Below, one piece after another: positions 25,380-38,079 of a stretch of 64,000 nucleotides of DNA. The stretch spans positions 124,001 through 188,000 of the forward strand of contig OY253674.1 of NCBI GenBank assembly GCA_958009085.1, written 5' to 3'. Within the stretch, counting starts at the first letter, position 1. Every line of letters starts with the position of its first letter. The notes below the pieces were generated by a model. The model was not told the DNA's origin and made no database searches. It worked only from the letters and a program-made list of their open reading frames with translations. The position numbers were made by a program, and so were the translations under genes. Origin of the DNA: Protoeuglena noctilucae (lineage: Eukaryota).

Positions 25380-27951
25380 ATGGACGGCGAGTTAAGCGTC
25401 GACCAGCTGCGGGAGCGGCTGAAGGGGCTGAAGGAGCTCGTGGACGAGGGGCTCTTCACCCAGGTGCGCGTCGCGACCATTCCCGCCCGCGCCGATCGCG
25501 GGACGCCGCAATGACCGCCGTGCGGCATGCTCGGCATTCCGCGCGCAAGAGTGCGGCCCCGGCACGCGCCTGCGGGGCCGCGCCGGGCTGCCAGGGGCGC
25601 CCTCGTTACGAATCCGGGCGCCGACGGTCCGGGGTCCCGACGCGCGTATCCCTGCGTCCGGCGCCCAGGAGGACTACGACCGCATGAAGGGGGCATATGT
25701 GGCGGCGGAGGTGATTAGCGTCGGCCGCCGCACGGGCATCGTGTCGAGCGGGACGGAGGAGCAAGCCATCAAGCGCGCCTTCTGGGAGTCCGTGACGTCC
25801 GCGCGGTCCGCAGGCGGACGGGAAACGGCGTCGTACGACTTTTACCAGATCAGGTGCCGCGTTGGGAGGCCATGGGGCGCAGCGAGCCGCTTTGCGCGGG
25901 GTAGAACTCGCAACTCGCTCGCTCGACTAGTTAAAAACGCTCCCCGCTGCCCCTCGCGAGCCATCGGACTTTGGTAGACAGCAGATGTTGATCTTTATAA
26001 CATCGGCGTCGTCGCGCGCGCACCCGCAGGAGCCCGAGCAGCCAGCCGGAGACCCCGCACGGCACGCGTGCCGCACCCACTCCCCACAACACGCGCGCGG
26101 CGCCCACGCCAGTCCCGACGCCGTCCCAGGGCCCCTCCCGCGCCCAATCCCGCGCGCATTCCGGTCATTCCACGCCGGTTCCGCGGGCGCTGTCGCACGG
26201 GAGGTGAGCGTGGTTACGAGTGCTTTCTGTCCTTCGCTGCGCCGCGCTGCCGCAGCGTTGCCGCTGCAGTGACGGAAGTCGGTATGAATGCGATCCAAAG
26301 ATGCCCGCTCTGCGCCGCAGGGCCTCGCAGGACCGTCCCCCTGGTCTGTCGACGCTGCCCCCGCTCGTCGACAACGAGGGTGGGCCAGTTGCGGCACAGC
26401 AGGTGAGGGATGGTGGGTGTGGTTGAGGCAACAGGATGACAGACAGTGCTTGGTATGTACCGTTGCTGTCCTCATCGCACAGGCACCTGTGACATCAATA
26501 TCACGATCAATGACGCTCTCCCCATCGCAGGCCAAGGACCCACGCCAGCTCCCAGGCGCCGTGGCACTCCCGGGCATGGCCGCGCTGCAGGTGGGGCATA
26601 TGGGGACATGGCAACAATCATGACGGAGATTCATTTCATGGTTACTATCAACTCACTGCGCTGTTGCCATCTCACACTGCCCTCAATCACCACCCACAGC
26701 CCCCTCACACACACACACACACACCCAACCCCCCCACATCACCCCTATCCCCCTCATCAACCCCACCCCCACTCACCCACCCCACTGAGCCACCCCACCC
26801 CACCTCACCAACCCCCCAGAACGGCCGCCCCCCCCACGCCCTCCGCCCCGTCTCGAGCGCCCAAAGCGACTCGACGGGCAACGACGACCCAGCGCCACCC
26901 ACATCCATCGACGGACACCAATACGCCACCCCATCCGCACCCTCCGCCCCCGCTGCCCCCAACACCCAACCTATCGCATCAACCACGGACGATCACCCCT
27001 CTGTCTCTGTCCCTACTATGTCAGTGCCAGTGCCCTCGCGTCAGGGTTCAGCGGCAGGGACGGTGGACCGCGCCCCGCCCCGGGGTACGGTGGTCAACGA
27101 GGGTAATAACCTGGCGGGGATCGGGTTCGACCAGGCGATCGCGGCGGAGTACAAGCAGCTGCTGCAGGTGAATAGGGGTTGGAATGGTGGATTTGTGGAG
27201 AACGTGATGTGGGGCGGTGCTCCTAATGACACCACAGCAACTGACCCACACTGTGCAATTGACCCTCACACAGCAGATAGTACCTCCACTACCCCTGCGT
27301 CTCTCACCCCCACAGCGCGGCGCGTACATGTGGATGATATTCAAGATCGAGGACGGCAAGGCGGTGGTGATGGAGACGACGGGCGACCCTGGCACGAGCT
27401 GGTCTGACCTGATGGACCACCTGCCACAGCACGAGCCTCGTTTCGTGCTTTACGACCACCACTTCCGATTGGGCGACGGGTGCCAGTTCAACAAGCTGGT
27501 GTTTGTGGTGTGGGCGCCGGAGAGCGCGCCGGGTGAGTGGTGGGGGAGGGGGGGGGAGTGGGAGATATGGGGGGTGGGAGGGGAGAGGGAGTTGGGATAG
27601 ATGAGAGAGGAAAGGGAGGTGGGAGGCGGAAGCACGAGTCAGTAAACACGTAGCTGACTACGATTGCCAACGATTGGGTCCTGTCACTAATAATATTCCC
27701 TCTCCCCCTCCCCCCAGTGCGCCTCAAGATGCTCTACTCATCACTCACTCACTCATCATTCAATCTCATTTCTCTGAATCAATTACCCCCCTCTCTCCCC
27801 AGTCCGCCTGAAGATGCTCTACTCTGCGGGCAAGGACGCACTGCGCCGCAACTTGCCGGGCGTGACGGTGGAGATGCAGGCGTGTGACTGGGAGGACATG
27901 TCTCTGGCGGAGGTGGATGCCCGGGTCCGGGCCATCACGCAGGGGGGGTGA
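25380..27951 (+). CDS. ADF/cofilin-domain protein with short N-terminal SHOCT-like helix and long disordered linker
   Basis: C-terminal YMWMIFKIED...PRFVLYD...NKLVFVVWAPESAPVRLKMLYSAGKDALRRNLPG is an ADF-H fold; N-terminal LRERLKGLKELVDEGLFTQEDYDRMK. Confidence 0.8.
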
Positions 27952-28416
27952 GGAGTGGTGAGGGTGGTGATTATGAGAAAGTGGGGGGAGGGTGGTGGTG
28001 GGTTATTACGGGGGGGGGGCGATGAGGGTGCATGAGAAAGCAGGAGGTGGTGGTGGGAATGTGCTTACCACAGATGGGGGACGCAGCTTGTCTGTTTATG
28101 TCACTATCTATCGCTTGATGTCTTTCGCTCGCCGTCAGCAGAGGCGGGGATTGAAAGCGAAAGAGCGAGAGAGCGATGAGTCGATATTGCCACATGCCCG
28201 CTGCCACACAGTGTGTTTGCCAGTGATGCCCACCCGTGTCAGATGGCCACAAGGAGTTCAAATTACAGAGTGCTGCGCATCACAGATCGCTTCAGCGTTA
28301 ACCCTTGCGCACTTCTGACACGCCACAGCCCCACTCCTCGCCAACCGCACACCACACCCCAGCAACCACCCTGTCCGTGCAGCTGCAACTTTAAGCACAA
28401 AGCAACCGCAGCTGCG

Positions 28417-31265
28417 TCAGGGCAGCTGAGTCAGGAAGGGCGAGGGGGCATCAGAAACGCTCCCCTCCCCGCCCCCCGCCTCCACAAACGCCCCCCACCC
28501 CGCACCTCCCTCATGCACCTCCTCCTCCCCACCCTCTACACCCTCTGCAACTTGGTCCAATTGCCCATCCCCACTCTTGCTCTCATCAACACCCTCCTTG
28601 CCACCACCCACCCCACCCTCGCCACCCTCACCGCCCTCGCCACCCTCACCGCCCTCGCTATCCCCACCCAACCCCGCACCCTTAGTCACCTCTCCCCCCA
28701 CCGCCTGAGCATTCGACTCTCCCATCTCATCCCCACCCAGCCCACTCGCTGCCGCCACGCTGCTCTCTTCCCCACCCACCGCCACCGTCACACTTTCATC
28801 GATGTTACCAGCCCCATGCTCGCCACCATCCCTATCAATCCCATCACCCCCACCATTGAGCACCCCTCCATCCCCGCCCTTCACAGCACCAGTCTCGCCG
28901 CTCCCTTCGCTGCCACTGCCCACAGCGCCACCCACCCCCGCCTCATCGCCACCCTCCCCACCCGTCGCCTCCACCACCCCCTCCGCCATCACCCCCGCGC
29001 TATCCCCCAGCTCCACCCCGCCACCGCCACCACTGCTCTCAGATTGCGCGCTCGCCGCCACCCCCTCGCCCATCCCCGCATCTCCATGCTTAGTCTGCTC
29101 AGCATCCCCGCTCAGCTTCCCGTCGCCATTCTCACCCACCCCACCTCCGCCCTCACCCCCCTTGTTTGCCCTGCCCTTGCCCCCCTTACGCACTCCCTCG
29201 TTGCTACGCTGCTCCTTCACCCTTCCATCAACACCCTTGCTCCCACCCTCTTTCTTGCCCATGCCCACCTCCTCATCGCCACCCCTGCTCACCCTCCCAC
29301 CCTCCACCCCCGCATCCCTCCCCTTCGCCCCACCCCTCTCCCCGTCATGCTCAGTTGCGCTACCATTCAAATCTTCATATACTTGATCGATCCAGCCCCA
29401 CGCAATGATGCTCACACGGCCAAGGCTGTGCTGGCGAGATGGGGGCACCTGAGGGATGCCGTGCTTCCACTGCAGAACACGAAACACACAGAAAAGGTTT
29501 TATTGATAAGAGATGTTTGAGTCATGATATGGACGCAGCGATTGCATCGGTAGATGCACAGATGGGGCTGACCATGGCACTCACCTCCACATGCAAACCC
29601 TCATACTAGCCCCCAACACCCCACCCCACCCCTCACCTCCACGTTCACGTCCCTCCCAAACACAAACCACCGTATCACCATACCCCCATACACCACAACC
29701 ACCCCTCACCTCCACGTTCACGTCCCTCCCAAACGCGTACATTGATCCGTTGGGCAGCGGCGCCGACACAACGGCCCCCGTCCGCATGTGCTGAAAGGCC
29801 ACCTCCCTCTCCGCCCCGAATGACGCGGCCACCGTCGCGTTTTGTTTCTTGGCTGCCCAGGGCTTGATGGCGGCAGCATCATGGTGGAAGGGCTTCCAAT
29901 CTACGAGGGGAGATGAGAGGGGAAAAGGGGTTATAATTTGAGATGTAGAGTTAATTGTCAGTACAACCAGCCCATTACAACCAGCCATCCATTCCATTGG
30001 CACCCTCACCCGCCGAATCCTTGTACCAGTTGAATCGCGTGGCCTGGATGCGCATGCCGAAGTAACTGGACATCCGGTCAATCACTGCGACTGGGGACCA
30101 CATGACAAGGGTGGCAGTGGTGGCAGTGAGGCAATGGTGGCAGCGGGGGAAGTGATGGCAGTGGTGGCAGTGGGGGCAGCGTGGCAGTGGTGGCAGTGTG
30201 GCGGCAGTGGCGGTGGGGGCACAGTGGGGCGGGGGTGGCACAGGTGGGGACACAATGGCGGTGTGATCAGCAGGCGAGAGGGTTGAAAGGGACAAGAACA
30301 ACGGCGTTGCCAAAGAGACCTTTCTATCACACTGCCCATGTCCCGCTCGCCTTTGCGGAACGTGGGCGACGCCTTCCAGTCGTACTTGCTGTCGTTGGCA
30401 ATCCAATGGGAGTCCTCGTGCCACGTCACAAACACGTCGTGGGTGCCTGCGGGGGGCAACACGCGATGCACACATGTGCACGTTCATGTTTACATGGACA
30501 AGTACCCATGTCTGTGCATGCCCACATTCATGACCATACCCATGCCCACATCTACAAGTGCCATATCCATGCATGCCCACATCCATGACCACCTCTGCGC
30601 CCCCCACCACCCACCACGCCCACCGCACCCCCACCTGCGCTCTTAATCTCGTTCAGCAGGCTCTCGTAAACACTCCCGTCGCTTTCCGCGCAAAAGAAAT
30701 CGGTGCCGATCACCACGTCACGGCCCACGTACGGTCGCGGGAAGCGGGGCACGGGCGGGGCCACCACAACGCGCAGGTCGGCGGGGCGGTGGGTGGCAAC
30801 GGGGTCGAACGACGTCGTGTTGACCCCGCGGCGCTCCGCCAGGGGAGCGCGGTCCGCGCGGGAACCGGACCGAGCGCTGTTCTGCCTCTTGCGGGGAGCT
30901 GCCGCGGCGTCGGGCTTCGCTGGCGCGTCGCGGGAAGGGGCGTCAATTACGGTGGCTTGCAGGCGCTCGTTGCGCGGCCCGGCGTCCTCCCCGGCGCGGC
31001 GCGGGGCCGGCTGCCGCGCGTAATCGCTTCCCGGAGCGGACGCGACCTCGCGCGGCGCCGGGGGCGGGGCCGCTGCGCCGGGCTTGCCGCCAGCATGCGG
31101 AGCGCGGTCACGCTGCGCCTGCCTTGCCGCGCCGGGCTCCCGGTGGCGATCCCCGCTGTCCCCGGAGCGAGATTTGGGCCTCTGTATTTCACGCAGGGGA
31201 CCTCCGCGCTCGGCGAGCGCCGCGTCGCGCGTCGAATCGCGGAGAGCACGGACCATGATCTTCAT
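28417..31265 (-). CDS. AlkB-like 2OG-Fe(II) oxygenase with about 320 aa Gly/Glu-rich C-terminal tail
   Basis: TRFNWYKD, DWKPFHHD (HxD), TVAASFGAERE, LPNGSMYAFG, WKHGIP, GRVSIIAWG. Confidence 0.8.
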
Positions 31266-31803
31266 CCCCGGGCCCTCCCTCACTGCGGGCCCGGGCACAG
31301 CGCGATGGTGCGGACGACACTCTTGCCTCACGTACGAAGCGGCGGCGATGCAGGGGTCGTGCGCGCAGCAGCCAGCGGCCCACCTACGGTCCGAGGCCGC
31401 TCCGCCACCTCCCCGTCCCCGTCCTGCGCGGGAGGTGCCCGCGCAGCCCGATGCTCGACGTGAAGGCCACCCAACCCATCTGTAGACACGTGTCGCACGG
31501 TTTTCAGCATCGCAGAGGACCGGGATTCGCGCAGAAAGCCGACAGTGTGTGGGCGCGCTAGCAATCAGCTTTGATGAGACGCAGACAGCGCGAGAGATTT
31601 GCCCGGTGCGCACAACTGCACCGCGATAAGCGCAGCGGCATTTCATCCGCGCGGAAGATGCGCTTGGTTGGGTGCACTGGCGCTCTCTTGCGTTTAGTTG
31701 CGGCAAAATCTGAGCCGGCGCCCCTCCCCGCACCATTCCATGCACGTCTGGGTGTGTGACTGTTCACGGAAGAGCTCCGCACACAGTCAACAAGACAGGC
31801 CGC

Positions 31804-32438
31804 ATGGCAGGCGCGCAGCCAGCCACGGTCGTCCCGTTGTTCGTCTCTGCAGCGCAGGTGGCAGAGGTGAGCAGCAAATCCAGCATCCTGCAGTCCCAAT
31901 CTTTGAGCTGGGCATATCCAAGCTGAGCATGTCCAAGCTCGTCCCCCGCAGTGGCTCGGCGACGCTGACACGCTCGTGGTCGACGTGCGCGATGACGACT
32001 TCCCCGGCGGGAACTTGCGGGGCGCGGTGAACGTCCCCGTGGACAATTTCGAGTCGGATGAACAGATCCATGCCTTCGTGCAGGTTGTCCATTAGTTGCC
32101 ATCGCGCACGCCAGCACTTGCATGTCCCGGGGCTCCGTCCCTTGCACACAAACCCAGTCATCTCATCTTCCCGCTTTGTGCAGCAACACGGCGTGTTGTC
32201 CAAGACCCGCGTAGTCCTCCACTGCATGCTGAGCCAGCAGCGGGGCCCGTACGCCGCCTCACGCCTCGCGCGATGGTTCACGCGTCGGCTGCAGTCGGGC
32301 GCCCTTGGAGCATCGCAGCACGTTCCCACAGTGCTCGTGATGGACGGGGGATACCGCGGATTCCGGAGGGAGTTTGAGGGGCGCCCAGAGCTGTTCGACA
32401 ACTTAAGGGGGCAGCCGCTCGCGAGGCTGACCAGCTGA
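31804..32438 (+). CDS. ACR2/Cdc25-like single-domain rhodanese phosphatase / arsenate reductase, 3 exons
   Basis: VVDVRDDDFPGGNLRGAVNVP, HCMLSQQRGP (HCX5R), VMDGGYRGF. Confidence 0.88.
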
Positions 32439-32812
32439 CGAGAGAGGGCGCGGTGGAGTGAGTGACGTGGCCTGATGGATGCAAGTAGTGATAGCAGTGA
32501 CTGACAGCACGACCTAGACTGTGATGAGCTAGAACATTGTAAGTACGCCAGTGTGACTGTCGCGATGACCCAGCCGGCAGGGCGCTGGCCAGTAGACGCA
32601 GATGCATAATTTGAACGCCCTAGTTGCTCAGGCATCTAGAAGATATTAACTGTGCGAGTGTGAAAGGAGAAACAGGCGCGGGCAACCATCCTCAGCAGCA
32701 GCTCATCCGCAGCACAAACAGCGACAGTCGTCGCACCCCCAGCCATATCTCATCCGCAGCACGAGAAGTGCCGGTTGTGGTACCACGTCTCCCTTTGATA
32801 TACCATCAAATC

Positions 32813-35353
32813 TCATCCACAGCACGAGAAGTGTCGGTTGTGGTACCACGTCTCCCCCTGGGGCGCCGCGATCTCCTCGGCCGTCAGCCTCTCGTCCAGT
32901 CTCGGTGATAGCGTGAAGAAGTCCACCACGTTGGCCCAGGGGCCGTGGTTGAAGGCCAGCGAGTGCTCGGGGAGGCCGTCCAGGTACCACAGGGCTGCAA
33001 GGGGGTGTGGGGTTGTGAGGGAGAGTGGTGTGAGGTTGTTGAGGGGTGCAGGGGGTGTCAGGTGGTGAAGCATCACAGGTCTGGGGAGATGCAGGGCCGG
33101 GCAGCGAGAGACTGGCAGCGACAGACTGCCTCAAGCCCTGCGTGTGCCCAACCAGGTGTCCTAGCTGCTACTGTATTGTTGATGTTACTGGAGCAGTGAT
33201 TGTATCCTAACCCTCACTCACCCGTGGGGTGGTCTTCCTTGGTTTGCTCGTACGTGGTGCTGTTGGTGAGGATGAGGTAGACCTGCCCCACCCACAGGAG
33301 GCACATGGGCACCATGATGAAGGCGAGCAGGATGGCCGTGACGACCAGGAGGGTGTCCCCCGATGCCCACTTGGCCCACTTCATGCTGTAAGCGAACGCC
33401 TCGCAACACGCCGAGAAGGCCCAGGTCACCAGGACGGTCTGCGCACATGTGAGGGGTCGTCGTGGGGTTTGTTGTGAGTGTTATGGGCAGAGCTGGTGGG
33501 GACGGAGAGGAGAGAGCGAGGTGAAGAGAGGAGAGAGAGAGGTGAAGCTCGTGTGCGGGGTGTCGCGGCACAGTGGAGCCACTGTTACAGCTCGTGTTGC
33601 ATGCATCGTCTACTGGAAGTCGTGGCAATGCCGTCCCTCGCATCGCTGGCTCGCCTGGGTGGTGCTGAATGCAAAGAAGAGCCGCTGGTTGTCGCGCCCC
33701 ACGCAGTTGCCCACCCACACGCAGTGGTGGTCGAACCGACGCACGCACCGACCGCAGTCGTAGCAATGCTGCGGCACAGGGGGCGCAGTTACGAAAGCGG
33801 TGAGTTGCTAAAGCAGTGGGCTGCGAGTTGCGGTGGACATACCGACACACGTGCCGGCAACCATCGCAGTCGCATTTGCACTCGCAATCGCAGTCGTAAC
33901 GCCGCAGCTCCTCCGCACCTTGACGCGCGGCGCCTGCCACAGCCCGCACTGCCCGCAGTAGCGTCCTATGGGCCCCACGTCCCCGTGCTCTGGGTCCCTC
34001 CCCGACTCGGGATCGTACCGTATCACCGCCACATTGCGCTTGGCGGACCCCAGCAGGCCGCTGCGGAGCGCGCGCTGGCCGTCGGCGGGGCCGCGCTCGG
34101 CGTCTCTCCCGCCGGCGGCCGTCGCGCGCTCCGCCCCGGGATGCTTGGGGCCGCCCTCTTGAGACTCGGCCACTGGGCCAGGGCCAGCGCGCGCGCCACG
34201 AGGCATGAGGGTGCTCGCGGGCGGCTCGTCGCCCTCGGGAGCCGGCCACAACGCGTGAGCGTGGCTGTGGTCATGTCCATGGTCATGCCCATGTGCATGT
34301 GTGTGGCTGTGGTTGTCGTGGGAGTGGGCGTGGGCGCCGTTGACGGGGGCGAGCGCGACCTCCCTCTCACGTCCGGCGTCCGCCAGATAGACGGCGCGAT
34401 TGGCGTCTGGAGCGCAGGAGACGGGAAGCAAGGCTTGGCACGGCATCGCATGGTGCGTCGTCACATGGTGCGTCGTCACATGGTGCGTCGTCACATGGTG
34501 CGTCGTCACATGCGGCCCGATACGCCGCCCCCACCAGCCCAAGCCCCTCGCGCAGACATCTGCAAGCTCACCTGAGGTGGCAGCGTGTCCCCGGAAAGCC
34601 TGGTGCTCCTCCCCCGCATCGACGTAGCCCGGCTTGGACCTCGCCACGATCACGTACAGCAGCACGTTCACGAAGAACACCGCAAAGAAGACTCCGGCGT
34701 AAGCGGGGTAGTTGTAGTTTGGCATCGGATCCAGGCTCTCGTTTTGCTGCGGGAAGGGAGGCAGGGCGGGCTGTCTTCAAGCGCACTGCGGGGGCGTGCA
34801 AGCGACGAGGGTCAGGGCCGGGGACGCACCGGGGTGGTGGGGTCGTCGTATGCCGTGTGCTGGCGCTTGCCGATGAGGCCCATGCGGATCGGGCTCTGCG
34901 GGGTCGAAAGGCAGCGGGCTGTGAGAGGGGCGTGGCGGGGCGCAGCGGTGTCACATCGCAGGGCGCAGCCGAGCACCTCCGGGAAGGTGCAGAGGACCGC
35001 CATCACGTATATGTGCAGCGCGAAGAAGACCGCTCGCGCCGCGGCATGACCGATCCTCGCTTCGCGCAGCCTCCGGACGCGGAAGTCCTTCGAATCTTCT
35101 GCAGGCGACGTGCGCACTTCGCGGTCGCTGAGAGCGGCGTCTTGGCCCCGGCCACGCAGTCGCCGGGTCACACTCGCCCAACCAAAGCGCTCGACGCTGC
35201 TATTGGCAGGAAAGGCCGCTCCGCGGCCCGCGGACCAGGGCGGGCGCACTCACCGTCCTGCGTGCCCCGGCAGCAGCCGTTGCAGAGGGCGTTCGATGCC
35301 TTCAGCGCCGCCTCCCCTACCGCCCTTCCCTTCGCTGCCGGGGGTCCCGGCAT
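32813..35353 (-). CDS. DHHC protein S-acyltransferase
   Basis: [45 protein letters not shown], TM segments, ends FSCCG*; start exon tentative. Confidence 0.9.
34449..34512. repeat. Intronic 15-bp tandem repeat CATGGTGCGTCGTCA x4
   Basis: Four exact contiguous copies plus CATG, inside a DHHC intron. Confidence 0.9.
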
Positions 35354-35747
35354 CCGGTCTCCAGGGACGCAACGGTCCCTAGGGCTGGGGGAATCCCGCG
35401 CACGAGCCAGGGAGCGCGCCAGTCGTCGTCGCGGTGGACCGATATGTGTTACCCAATAGCCACTGCAGGGTTGCCCACCGCGTCGCGCGCGGACGAGGAC
35501 GCCCGCACCCTCGGGTGAAACGCCAGTTTGCACGCCAACTCTCACGGAAAGGGCGCGTCGCGATTTCGACGCCTCGGCGATCATTCATGTGACTTCTTCA
35601 ACGAGAACATGGACTCGCTGGGTCGTCAAGGGAAGGGGGGGGCGATACTGGGCCAAATATACGCGAAATATTGCTCAACTACTGGGTTCTAGGCCATAAT
35701 CGGCCTGCGTGCTGCCTCCGCGCGCCGGCGGGGCCACTGCTGCTCAG

Positions 35748-36455
35748 TCATTGCTGGTCATCGCCGTCATACCCGTCGTCCCCGCCCACCTGCGGCAGCG
35801 AGCGCGGAGAGGTTCGGCAGCGAAACCAGCACGCCGCTCAGGCAGGCAGTCGAGGCCGGGGGGGAGAGCCCGGCGAGAGGCGGGGCTGCGGAGTGGCGGG
35901 CTGCCCGCCCTGCGCCACACTCGCCGTGGGGGATCCGCGCCTCCTGCTCCGCTTCGTGTGGCTGATGATCGCAGCAAGGTCCTCCTGCGGCGAAGGACGT
36001 CAAGGAAGCCGTCGGCGAGGTACCCTCCTTGGGAACTCGCGCCGCAGCTCGAGCCTTGCAGGGAACGGCCAGGGAAAGCATATCGCCGCCGAGCGGGCCC
36101 GGGGAATCCCCCCAAGCCACTCCCCCGTCGCACGGGATCGGTATCAACGCGCGCAGCGAGCCGGGGCGCGAATGGGGTGCTGGGGAAGCGCGGGCGCGCC
36201 CTTCCCGCATCCCCGTCGAAACGGGCCCGCGGCTGGACGGGCGAGCCTGCAAACCGCCCAGCAGCGAGCATCGGAACAAAACGCATCGGCCGAGGTGGGG
36301 GGAGCGCGGCTAGACCTCGGCCAGCGTGCGGGGGACCGATCGTTGATGGCAGGCAGGCGAGCGGCCGGGCTCACGTCGATTTCATGGGGCTGGATGGCCC
36401 ACTGCCAGAAAGGCCGCTTATATGGCAGCTGCAGCTGCTGTGGGGGTATTGGCAT
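35748..36455 (-). CDS. Possible small spliced hypothetical gene
   Basis: Plausible exons EDLAAIISHTKRSRRRGSPT (GC donor) and VGGDDGYDGDDQQ*; upstream structure unresolved. Confidence 0.25.
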
Positions 36456-36811
36456 TGTCTCGGGGCGCAGGGAGAGCGCGGGGGCGCTGCAGGAGCTGCT
36501 GAAACGACGACCCGATGCTGCACGAGGGACGCGAGGTGCTTTGCGACGACGATTTGGCCGCCGGGGCGCGGGATGAGCGTTTAAGCTGGCCCAGCCAGAA
36601 CCAGGGCTTTCACAGGGCTTTCCCTACCCCGCCACCGCGACGCTGCGGCACGGTGGCACGCCCCGCCCTGTGCAGCCAAAAACCATGAGGAGCTGGAGGT
36701 CCGGCGGCCCACCCGCACGGAGGTCTCTGGGCGCCACATGGCATCCAACGTGCTGAGACCCGGGCCGAGTCCGCCAACGCTCCTCAGCGGCACGCGCACG
36801 GGGCGGGGCAA

Positions 36812-37557
36812 TCACTGCGATCCTTGCGACAAGGACGTGGCCACGGCCCTGCACGGAGGCGCAGGTGGAGGGCGGGGTTGGCAATCCTCAAGGCGCCTAA
36901 AGCAGCAGGCGATCCACGAGGGCACGCCCAGCGCTCGCGCGCGCCCTAGAGCCTCCTCGAAGCTGACCTGGTCGCGTCGATGTAGCGCGCGAGGCAGTTG
37001 GACAGGCAGCGCTCCTCTGAGCTCGACAGCGTCGCCCCCGGCTTGTCAATGCACTGCGGGAGCGGCGGGGAGGCGTGTCGCGCGGCCGCCGGCAGGCCAT
37101 CTACATTGGCAGCATCCAGAGAAGCGCGCCGGGGCCAGGCTCTGCCGGGCCGTGCCGCAGGCGCCCTGCGTGGCATCGGCGTGAGCAAACCTGAGCGATG
37201 CACGCGCGGGTCCGCCGTGTTTTAACCACCATGCGTCACCTTATCGAAGCACTTCTCCCGCACGGTCGCGAAGAAGCGCATGGCCTCCTCCTGCTGCATG
37301 GACATTTGGACCTGGGAAGGCGATGCGGCTTTGGGGCGTGGAACAGCGCAGACGGGGCGGGCGGAGCGTCAAGACAGAGCGCATGCGAGGGCATGGCTCT
37401 CCGGGGCCAGCCTCGTGGACAGCCCGCGACGGGACGGCTCTGCATCCCTCGTCAGCAACCTCGTCCGTGGCCCACGCACCGCAGACATCAGCTGCTCCTC
37501 GTTCAGGTGCCCCCCCGCTCCCGCCTGGCCCGGAGGAGGGGCCCCGAAATCCGCCAT
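36812..37557 (-). CDS. TIM13: Mitochondrial small Tim chaperone (Tim13-like), 4 exons
   Basis: Twin CX3C: [47 protein letters not shown]. Confidence 0.85.
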
Positions 37558-38079
37558 CGCGCTGCTCGCCAACGACGAGAGTGTGTTGACGAGGATCCGA
37601 TCGCCGGGGTCGAGGGCGCGTGGCAGCGAGCCAGCCGTGAGACGATAGGGCGCGGGAGGATACGAGGGGGATTGCGAGGGGGACAGCGGCGCGAGGAGCT
37701 CACGGAGGACTTGCTGGAGGGTGGGGGGACGCGAGGGTGGACGTGACCGGGACGAGTTCTGGCGGGGAGGGTAAACAACTTGGGCGGCTGTGTCATTGCC
37801 AAGGCCCCGCCACCACCCTTGCCCTACTTGAAGTGGCGGGGATGCCAGCTCCCACGTTCGTCCGAGCTCGCTAACTACATCGGAAGTGACTTTGACGGGC
37901 TCTCTGGCCGTAGACCGCTGTTCCCAGCGCCCTCGGCCCCTCACGCCGCTTTTGTACGTTCCACTCTCTTCAGCCGGCGCCTCGTCATCGCTGGGGCCGC
38001 GCCGGGGTGTCCAGGAGGGGAGGGAGTCGGTTTTCCACCCGCTGTCCGAACAGGAGCTCGTCCCCTGCTCGCCGCGTGC

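Noticed and set aside
30100..30335. GTGGCAGTG-type repeats and a VIER-like echo of the VIDR exon start
   Set aside because: Ordinary intronic minisatellite; the echo match is too short to support
34449..34512. CRISPR-like array
   Set aside because: Contiguous 15-mer with no spacers, intronic, eukaryotic context, no cas genes
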